Positions 17,296 through 26,700 of a DNA stretch of 64,000 nt are shown here, in pieces. A program made the translations under genes and the position numbers. Numbering within the stretch: the first letter of the stretch is position 1; each line of letters opens with the position of its first letter. The notes under the pieces were generated by a model that was given only the letters and a program-made list of their open reading frames with translations, did no database searches and was not told where the DNA came from. Source of the stretch: an uncultured virus (IMG/VR IMGVR_UViG_3300029319_000030) (taxonomy: Duplodnaviria; Heunggongvirae; Uroviricota; Caudoviricetes); IMG/VR virus record IMGVR_UViG_3300029319_000030, positions 1 to 64,000 of that record, one strand, 5' to 3'.

Positions 17296-18336
17296 TTAAA
17301 ATATTAAATAGTTAAACCCGAATTTAATTTCAAATATTTCTTTGCCCCAGTATTTCATGTGTATACCTTCAACAAACAAACCTAGGTTTTTAGTAACCCT
17401 AGTACCAAGTACAACTCCAGCGTCCCACTCAGCAGTGCTATCTTTATATTCGTACGAATAATCATCTAGCCCGTAATGATACGGTAAAAAATTATACCAT
17501 GTGTGTAGCCAAAATTTAGGTGTATATTTATAATATGCGACACCTAAAACCGCGCTAATTTCTTTTTGTAAGCCTAACTTTTCTAGTTCACGCTCGTTAT
17601 ATCTTGCAACTGCATCACCGAAATAGTGGTTGAAGAACTCGTCATTAGAGGTAGCAACTAATACCGAGTCTCCACCACTAACATCATACCAGTTTTGGTC
17701 TATATAAAAACCTTGAATCCAAGGTTGAGGTACGTAGCCAAAGTCCTCTGCTAAATCTTGAAATGTACTTTCGCCTGGCACCCAAAAGTCTTCTATAGGA
17801 TTTATACCATAAGCTGGATGTATTCTACCTACAACACCAACTGTAAAATCCCAATTACCTTTGTTAATTCTATATCTAATATCTGTAGATATATATCTTA
17901 AATCTACCCGCTCGTTGTCTGTGTATTGAATTTTAGTAACGAACTTATTACCGAGATACCGTAACCAAAAATTTTGGTCATTAAACTTTTCACCGCGATT
18001 ACGTACAAAAGAGTAATTAAACAAATACTCCCAACCGTTAGCGTTCCCAATAGTAACGTTGTCTGCAACAGCTCTTTCAGTACCATAATACCATGTCTTA
18101 ACTTTATATTCATAATCAAACCTTGCTATTTTACGCAAGCCAATTGTTAAGTTGTAATCGTAAGGATTGACTTGCGTAATATCCTCATAACCTTTTGATA
18201 CCGCTTTATAATCTTCGCCTTCAACAAACGACGTGTTCATAGACATCGATGTGTAAAAAGTTGAGTACTTAAAGAAGTCTTTTATCTGAGCCGTACAAAT
18301 AGTACTAATCAGAAATAATAATAATAGTTTTTTCAT
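17296..18336 (-). CDS. putative outer-membrane beta-barrel protein
   Basis: Signal peptide, aromatic-rich amphipathic strands, C-terminal FEIKFGFNYLIF beta-signal. Confidence 0.7.
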   Translation of the reverse strand: MKKLLLLFLISTICTAQIKDFFKYSTFYTSMSMNTSFVEGEDYKAVSKGYEDITQVNPYDYNLTIGLRKIARFDYEYKVKTWYYGTERAVADNVTIGNANGWEYLFNYSFVRNRGEKFNDQNFWLRYLGNKFVTKIQYTDNERVDLRYISTDIRYRINKGNWDFTVGVVGRIHPAYGINPIEDFWVPGESTFQDLAEDFGYVPQPWIQGFYIDQNWYDVSGGDSVLVATSNDEFFNHYFGDAVARYNERELEKLGLQKEISAVLGVAYYKYTPKFWLHTWYNFLPYHYGLDDYSYEYKDSTAEWDAGVVLGTRVTKNLGLFVEGIHMKYWGKEIFEIKFGFNYLIF

Positions 18337-18337
18337 T

Positions 18338-18940
18338 TTATAAATCTTTGCTTTCTAATAATGTATATGTGAAGCTATTACTCCACTTATCTCTTGCAAC
18401 TCTACATATATCCATAAATTCATGCCAATCATCATTAGCTGCTATTACTTGACAGCCAGCAGACCACTTATCTACTTGGCTAGATTTTTTACCACCCCAT
18501 TTAGTTGCTCTATGTATATTAATACCAAACAAACCTGTTTGAGTATTGTCGTCACTTAAATCAAACTTATTATCTTTATTAGCATCACGATACACTGTAA
18601 CAGGACGGCATTGTCCTAATGCTTCATACCTACCTTGATGTAATCTAATTTTATGAGAACCGGGATATTGCCCTTCCTTCAAAACGGCCACGCCCTCCAC
18701 TCTCATTATATTCTCTACCCAATATCTACCTGGGTCTGTAGTACAGTCGTAACAATAAAACTCCCACTGCCCATCGCATTTAAATGATATAGTTATTTTG
18801 TCATCAAACTTATTTGTTACTTCTGTTCCTGTATCAGAGTTCCTAACTCCTACTATATTAAGATTATAGTCACCTTTTTCAAACCATTTATAACCTTTTT
18901 GTTTTACGGCTTTTTCTATTATATCTTTTGTTAATTTCAT
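18338..18940 (-). CDS. putative endolysin (L,D-transpeptidase-like Cys peptidase)
   Basis: LNIVGVRN...TTDPG...GINIHRA...WSAGCQV (His...SxGC). Confidence 0.7.
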   Translation of the reverse strand: MKLTKDIIEKAVKQKGYKWFEKGDYNLNIVGVRNSDTGTEVTNKFDDKITISFKCDGQWEFYCYDCTTDPGRYWVENIMRVEGVAVLKEGQYPGSHKIRLHQGRYEALGQCRPVTVYRDANKDNKFDLSDDNTQTGLFGINIHRATKWGGKKSSQVDKWSAGCQVIAANDDWHEFMDICRVARDKWSNSFTYTLLESKDL

Positions 18941-19248
18941 TATGTTATCATTATTGTTAAATCAGCATTAGTTCCTGTATTGTGTATTATTAAATTATAA
19001 CTTCTAGAGTTATAGTTAACACAATCATCTAAAACAAGAGCAACACCAGAAGGTATTACTACGTCTTTTATAATATAAAAATAAGGAGGATTAGAAGCAT
19101 CCGCACTAAAATATACATCAACAACAGCATTGTCAGTACTGTTATTTGATATGTTTATTTTATATACAGTCGTACCTCCATTGTCTTTAGAATACCTAGG
19201 TATTAAAACTACGGGTGAAGTAGATGTTGTATTTTTATATATTGACAT
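18940..19248 (-). CDS. hypothetical structural protein
   Basis: Beta-rich 102-aa ORF next to the tail-fibre-like gene. Confidence 0.6.
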   Translation of the reverse strand: MSIYKNTTSTSPVVLIPRYSKDNGGTTVYKINISNNSTDNAVVDVYFSADASNPPYFYIIKDVVIPSGVALVLDDCVNYNSRSYNLIIHNTGTNADLTIMIT

Positions 19249-19279
19249 ATTATATTAATGTGTAAGTTATTGTTATTTA

Positions 19280-20551
19280 TTAAGGTGTTGCTTCAATTTC
19301 AGCGCTAGTTGTACCTAAAAACGTAGTCCAATCCCACTCTACCACAACAGTTGTATAAAAAAAACTAGAAGAGCCTAGACTTACATCAGATTTTATAGAT
19401 AAAGAAACTTTCTGTGTTGAGTCAAAATGCTTAGCATTATCAAAAGCAAAATGAAAAGTATGATTGTCGTCTGTACCTGTTACAACTAACGTTTCTGTTT
19501 CTTGATCTGTCCAAGAACTTGAAGAAACTAACATACTATTATTAACATTTCTAGTATGCACACCTACTGTTAAGTTGGCAGCACTAGAATTACTAACGGC
19601 ATGTGGTGAAACGCTTACAGAAACTATTCTACCATCACAAGGAGCATGCATAGCAACTTCATCTTGATATATAGCTGTTTGCTCGTTTATATCTTTAAAC
19701 GGTATGTAATGTGTCGTTGTTCCTATATTATCAAAAAAATTACAAACAAAAACTTGTAATTGTTTACCAGCGCCAGTCCCTTGTAGTTGTACTATTCCAT
19801 CTTGATCAGGTATTTGTATAGTTCTATTATCAGTAAGAGTATTAGTTTGATTAAGAACTCTTACTGTGTGACTATTATCTAAGTCATTAAATAGCAATTG
19901 ACCACTACTAGTAAGATTAACTTTAGAAGTACTAAGTGATCCGGCTAACGTCGTAGATGAACTACCGCCAGATCCTAAAGTTAAATCAACAGTACCATCA
20001 GCTTGTCCATCGGCCTGAAAAAAATTTCTTTCAGCGCCATCACTTCCTACAAACATTTTTAAACTACCTATTTCATCCCCAGCTGTTACTTCTACTATGC
20101 TAGAAACCATTTTAAAATAATTAAATTCTGCAAAAGAACTATTTAAAGAAACAAAATTAATTGTACCAACTATATCAGAATTAGCTGGGCTAAGGCCTGA
20201 TTTTTTTAAATTAAAAATAGGACCATTAGCGTCTAAGTTAGCGTTTAATAAACTAAATTCAGGCTTTGATGATAATCCACTTGCCACTATACTATCACCA
20301 GTATCACCATTCCAAGTAAATAGTGCCTCAGCGTTTAAACCTGTGCCACCTATTGATGTCACTACTCTATTGTCAGCAGCGTTTGTTATGCTTAGTTCGC
20401 CAGCATTAGTATCTGCTTTTACTATTTTATTGTTTGCATCTAAACCTAAGTTACCTCCACTGGCTATTGTGCCAGTAGAGATATCTTCTAAGTATACGTC
20501 ATTACGAAACCTAGCTATAAAGTCTTGTATAAACTGACCTATAAATTTCAT
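19280..20551 (-). CDS. tail fibre/spike-like protein
   Basis: G/S/T/N-rich; LGLDANNKIVK, NAADNRVVTS and DNRTIQIPDQDG fibre-type motifs. Confidence 0.65.
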   Translation of the reverse strand: MKFIGQFIQDFIARFRNDVYLEDISTGTIASGGNLGLDANNKIVKADTNAGELSITNAADNRVVTSIGGTGLNAEALFTWNGDTGDSIVASGLSSKPEFSLLNANLDANGPIFNLKKSGLSPANSDIVGTINFVSLNSSFAEFNYFKMVSSIVEVTAGDEIGSLKMFVGSDGAERNFFQADGQADGTVDLTLGSGGSSSTTLAGSLSTSKVNLTSSGQLLFNDLDNSHTVRVLNQTNTLTDNRTIQIPDQDGIVQLQGTGAGKQLQVFVCNFFDNIGTTTHYIPFKDINEQTAIYQDEVAMHAPCDGRIVSVSVSPHAVSNSSAANLTVGVHTRNVNNSMLVSSSSWTDQETETLVVTGTDDNHTFHFAFDNAKHFDSTQKVSLSIKSDVSLGSSSFFYTTVVVEWDWTTFLGTTSAEIEATP

Positions 20552-20730
20552 TATATTTCAAAGCCAAAGTTTAAAATCATAAATCTAAACTTAGCACATT
20601 TGTTTTTATTATCACAAGCTACGCAAGGGCAAAACATTAATTCAAATATTGTCCACGTGCCTAATCTAAGTGTTAATTCATATCTTTCTTTCTTATTACC
20701 TGCTTTCCAGGAATTAATCCAATTAATCAT
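20551..20730 (-). CDS. small hypothetical protein (59 aa)
   Basis: MINWINSWKAGNKK...CPCVAC...NFGFEI; follows a late-promoter motif; stop overlaps the next start. Confidence 0.65.
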   Translation of the reverse strand: MINWINSWKAGNKKERYELTLRLGTWTIFELMFCPCVACDNKNKCAKFRFMILNFGFEI

Positions 20731-20750
20731 AATTTACTTGTTTTTGTTAT

Positions 20751-20770
20751 ACTATAGTATTATTACACGT
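20751..20770 (-). promoter_or_regulatory. putative late promoter RTGTRAYWAY
   Basis: Minus strand ACGTGTAATAATACTATAGT, intergenic. Confidence 0.55.
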
Positions 20771-20779
20771 TTATTTATA

Positions 20780-23700
20780 TTATTGATTTCTATGGTGAAA
20801 ACATTTCCATCTTTTAACATCTGTAACAGCCGTTAAACCACACCTATTTCCTTGTGAATTTATACCGTGGCATCTAACTTCTTTTTGTCCAGACACTTTT
20901 TGTTTTTTATCTTTATTTATTTTTTTATCTCTAGCTCTTTGTTTTTTAGCATCTTCTTTTGCTTGCTCAAGCTCTTCGTCTTTAATACCTAAACTCCACT
21001 TGTCCCAACCAGCAACTAAAGCAGCTCGCTTCCAAGGCTCGTGACTACCTGTTATAGCCTCTTCTAAATTGTTAGCCTTATTTAACAACCTTGCCGCTGG
21101 TATATTAGTTAAAGCTTCAGTTAAACTAGCAGCCATAGCAAAATTAGGGTTTTCTAATCTCCAACCTAATTGTTCTGGCACACCTTCATTATAAGCATCA
21201 GAATAATACGCTTGCATTATTTTTCTAACTTTACTACCAGCAGGTGGAGATAAATTTACTACTGCTTGCATTATTTTTTCTGGTCTTTCTTTGCCAAAGC
21301 CAGCGCTTTTTTGTTTCTGCCACTCTATAGCTGTATTTTTAAGAGTCGACGCTAAAGCTCCATGTATACCCATACCACGTAAAAAACTATCAAGAGCGCT
21401 ATTAAAAGCTCTACTTGCTTTGTCATCTATTAACTCTTCGTCGTCACTTCCAAATAATAAGAACGATAAACCGTTTTGTAGAGCTGCAAATACAACGTTC
21501 TGCACAAACCCATAATATATTATTTTTGATATATTAGTTTTAGTATCGCCTCTACGATTAACTAAATCAGATAAAGCTTTCTTTGTTAGCCTACCATACT
21601 GCATTGTTACGTTTTGAAATGCTAATACTAATCTACCTAACACACTAGCCTGCTGCATTGATATTAAATCTTCTCTTGAAGACTGCTGTGTTTCTTCTGC
21701 TATTTCTTGAAAGTCTAACATAGCTTTGTTCTTAGCTTCAGTATCTGATAAACCTCTTTTCTTATACGTGTTTATTCTATTTCTTACAAAACTAGCACCA
21801 CCAAAAGCTATAGCAAAACTATCAGCTATTTGTGTAGGTTTAAAACCTAATTGTAACAAATAACTTATGACAGTCGTTGGTGAGTAACCGTTTTCTGCAA
21901 AGCTTTTTGCTAGCTCTGAGGCGTTCATATCCATTTGTAAACCAGCTCTTCGCTGCTTTAACATGTCAGAGTTAAACAGCATCGTGAAGTCTTTCCAAAA
22001 CTGTGGTTGATTAGCAAATGCAGCTGAAGCTTTGAATATATTATTGTCACTCCAGTTTACAAAGTTAATAGTAGAAAGCGTTTGTAGTATAGCCGATCTC
22101 ATGTTGAAGAACATAATAGCACCAACAGAACCGTTTATCCAATCATTAAAATCATTAACAACTCTATTGCTACCTTGCTTTCTATTACCACCATTTTCCA
22201 TACGGTATAATATATCATCTAAAGCCTCTCTAAATCTAGTACCATATACAGCTTCTATTTTATTTAAGTTTTCCGGAGAAAATATTAAGTTTTTATTTTC
22301 TATCCAGTTTTCTAAAAACTCTTTTCTACCAACTTTATTAACAGTAGTTCTCAAGTCAGTACCAATAGAACCTATAGACCAGTTTTCAGTTGGCTCTATA
22401 TAACCTTCTGCTCTTTTTGTTATTTTAGACAAGCTGTCAGCAAAAGATTTTAAATCAGGATTATTATTAACGTTATCAATTAACATTTGCTTTTCAGAAC
22501 TAGATATACCAGGTATATCAAAACCAGCCTTGTCCCATAAATAAACTCTTACAGATGTGTCATTAGTGTATACAGAGTTAGGTATTTTTTTATTTAACTT
22601 TAATTTAGGAAATTGTTTTTTAAGATTTTTATAATCATTAACCATATTTTGCTTGTACGTGTTCCAAGCTCTTATACCTTTAGCAAAAGGTCTTAGCAAA
22701 TTATCTTCAAAAAACTTCATGTCTTTATTACCTTGTTCGCCTCTGCCCATAAAATAATATAATAAACCTTTAAAGTCTTCGGCTGATGGTGGTATATATA
22801 TTCTAAACCTACCTATACCCTTACCTCTTTTTTTAGCCTCAGCTTCAGAAAATATTTTAAAAGCGTCAACGCCTTTTTTACGTTCAATCATGTTATTAAG
22901 TTCTGAGCTAGCAGATCTACTAAATTTAGCTCTAGCTTGAACAACTTCAGATTTAATATCTAGTTGATCTAGTACTTTTTTAACAGCTTCAACGTTTTGA
23001 AAAGCGTCATCAACAAAATACATATCGTTGTAACCTTCTGCAAACTTACTTAACATCCATTCAGCTTTTGCTTCACCTGTACTATTAGCTAAACCAGTTA
23101 TATTTTCTATTGGTATATCTAAATCTTGTGATTTTAAAAATTGCTGTATAGCTAAAGCAGATGCAGCAGGTCTAGCGGTTAGCACAAACATGTTATCAGT
23201 TCCGAACTTTTCAGCTCTTTGTTTTGCTTTGTCAAGTAATGGACCAGGTGTTCCGTCAACAACCTCGTTAAACTCAGAGAAGTCAAAGCTTCCACCTTGT
23301 TTTAATATATCATCACCTTGGCTAGCAAACTCTTCAGCATCTAATCTAAGCTTTTCGTAGCTAGAAACAAAGTCATCCATTTGCTGAACTATATCAGCAG
23401 GCATAGGATCTTCTTGTTTTAAGTTGTCAGTATTAACTTCCATAAACCTATCACCAAACATTTCTTTAAATGCAGGTTTATTATTTTGCACAGCTTCGTG
23501 GTTACGTTTTACTATGGTATCTAACAGTGAGCGTTCTTGTCTAGCTCTATTACGCTTTAAGGCGACATCTAATGAGGTTTCTACAAAAACCATACTAACA
23601 TCATATCCTTTAGATTTAAACTCATCTACGAGCTTCTGCATTGATTTTACGCTACCACCAGTACCGTCAACAACAACTCCATTAGCGTTACCTTGGTACT

Positions 23701-26700
23701 TCATCATTTTGTTTCTAGCTATTTGTCTAGCTTGATGACCTAACTTACCTAAAGTACTTCTTTGTTCTGGCGTTAGGTCTCTCATGTCAGCTGGTAATCC
23801 TGAGTTTTTCTTTAACCACTCTAACGATATATCTGAGTTTACTATTTTAAAACCCATGCCAGATAAACCTAACTTACTAACAACATTACCTTTACCACTA
23901 CCAGCACCGCCAGCTAAAAATATAACTTTACGATTTGGTTTTGGCAGTCCATCTGTATTAGGCAGTGTTGCTCTAACCCCTGACTTTGTTTTAGCTAATG
24001 TGTCATCAAAATCAAATGTTGACATGCCTCTTGTTTCTCCTGATTTACTAAACTTGCCTGAGTTACTAAATGATTTTTGTATGTTTTGATTAACTTGTGT
24101 AGTATAGGTAGGTTTAAGTATTTTAATAGAGCCACTAGCATTAATGTTATATTTAACATCAAATGTTACTCCATCAAGATCTTCTAACGTAGAAGGGTCT
24201 ATACCTCCGTTATTAGCTGCTACTAAATCATTAAAATATCTTTGCCAAAAATAACCATCAATTACGCTCCAGTCATCTGGCATTACTTTCTGTAAGCTTT
24301 TCTTTGTTCTAAGTGTTTTAGCAGATGTAAGCTTATGGTCCATAGCTTTATCTAGTACTATTAACTTATAATTTTTTATTATACTATTATAAGCTTCATT
24401 AAAGTTTATATCAACACCTTCGCCTTCTTTTTTAGGTAAACCTAAAGCAGAGTGTAGCAAATATAAATAAGCTTGAGTAGCTGGCATAGCGTGTTCAAGT
24501 TCTACTTTAGTTTTCATTTTACCTTTATGTAGAAATGGCTGTAACTTTGTAGAATAACCTGCTACTTGTGCTCCTAGTTTGTGCCAGTGGCTTCTATCAT
24601 TTCCAACAAGAGATAAGTAAGTACCTATAGCTCTAGCATTAGACTTATTATCTTTTATCATTTCTGCAAATCTTTCCCACATTTGCCTGTGTATTTTACC
24701 AACTTGATCGTTAAACTTTAATACTTCTTTTTTATTTGCTCTAGCTTTTTTAAGATCAAAGTTTTCACCAGTAAAGAAAAGAGAGTTGTACTTGTTTCTA
24801 AGAGAGTACATCTCTTTCATGTTAACGCCTTTAAAATCTTTACCCCAAAAGCTAGCATCATCTTTGTGTTCGTTGTAAAGTTCTTGCATTTGTATTTGAA
24901 CTTCTGCCCAAGCTGGATCTTTACTAGTTTTAAATCCAAAAAGTTTATGACCACCTGAAAATATAGAAGCATTAGTCTCAGCGCCTTGACCAGTTTCTTT
25001 TAAGGTCTTTTTATAGTATGCATGTCTAGAATTTTTTCCAGATTTTCTTTGAAAGAAGAAATCTAAAGGTAAAGATTTAAAAAATCCAGAAGCAGTTAAA
25101 TTATCTATAAAAGGCTTTACGTCTTCTTTAGTTTTTATTCTGTATATACCTCCTTTCACTTCTTTTCCATGCACATTTGTTAGAAGATAATCTATCTTGA
25201 CTAAGCCTTGATCAAACTGATCTAGCACGGTTGCTACACCGTCGACCTGTTGCGTTGCTAGTGAATTTATTAAATCACCTTTTTTAAGATTACTATTAAC
25301 AGCAGGTTGGCTAAACATAACACTAGGTTTTGGATCACCTATAGACCGCAGCTCAGGATTAGTAACTCTTATTTCTTGGTTAGCCCCTAACGCCGCCATG
25401 TTAGCAATAAACTCTCTTATAGCACCGTCGTACTTTTCTTGTTTAATTTTTTTATCAAGTATATTTCCTTTTTCGTCAATACCAAAAAGCTCTAGCACTT
25501 GTTTATTAGTTACGTTTTTTGGTTTTATCTTTTCTTCTAAGCCTTGTGTGCTACCAGTAACCGCAGATCTAACAGGCGCTCCTTTTATATAAAGAGAACC
25601 AAGCTTAGTAATAGCTATACCAGTTGCTTTACCAGAAGCGTCTGTACCGTCTGGCAAAAAAGTTTCCATTAAATTATTATTTTCAGCTAATTTAACTATT
25701 AAATCTCTAGCCGCTTTTCTTTGTTCAGCATCTAAGTTTGAAGACGTTGATATTTTTTTTGCAGGCACACCAAACGCATCTGCAAATAATTTTAACACAG
25801 GTTTTAATGAGCCAGTTTTAACTTCTTGTTTTACTTGTTTATAGCTAGGTTTTTTTATTATCTTAGATAAATCAGACTTACTAACTATATCTTGCACATT
25901 ATTTCTATCTATACCTACGAAATCTGCTACAAATAAACTACCAACTTTAGTTATGTTAGTAGAGCTAGAAGTTGAAGTTACATCGCTAAATGTATCAAAA
26001 CCGTTTTCTCTCATCTCATCTAGTGAAACAGTATTTCCAGCTTGTTTAGAAGCGGCTCTAACAACTTGACCTTTCTTTATTGGCAAGCCTAAAGGCATTT
26101 GAACAAACGCTCCAAATTGAACATCAGGAAACTTAGTTGGATTCCATCTATTAGTTAATAACACTAGCTCAGCTAGCATTTCTTGTCGTATGTCTGCTAA
26201 TGGTGGCGCAAGAAAGTTTGTATTAGCTAATTTATTTTTTATAAAACTATGCGCTTCGTTAGCATATTTATATGCAGCTTTATGATTGTAAACTACTAAC
26301 TCTTCTTTTAATCTTCGAGTTCTTCTGTCATCTCTGTCTAACACTTCTTTCATAGTAATATTTTCCTTATTAGCTATGTCTTTTATCTTGTTATATATTT
26401 CAGCATTTTTTTGTACGATTTGTTCAGAAGTAACGTCAGGAAATACAGAAAACATTGGGTCATCTTCTGGTATTACTTTAGAAAATTTAACTCCTATTTT
26501 ATCTAAAAAGTTTAGTAATGATTGTTTAGCTTTATCTTGCTCTACGGCTTTTTTCATTTCAGAGCTTTCAGCTAGTTCTTTAACGGCACCACCTACTTTT
26601 ATTTTCTTTTTAAAAGCTTCTTTAAATGATTTTGAAAAGTCACCACGTTGTATTGTAGAGTTAAAGTCTTTTATAAAATTGTAAACGTCTTGACCAGAGT

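Noticed and set aside
23995..24020. DFDD as a crAss-type virion RNA polymerase catalytic motif
   Set aside because: The context (hhhDhDxTL with later TAR and DD motifs) is HAD phosphatase, not the DxDxD RNAP loop.
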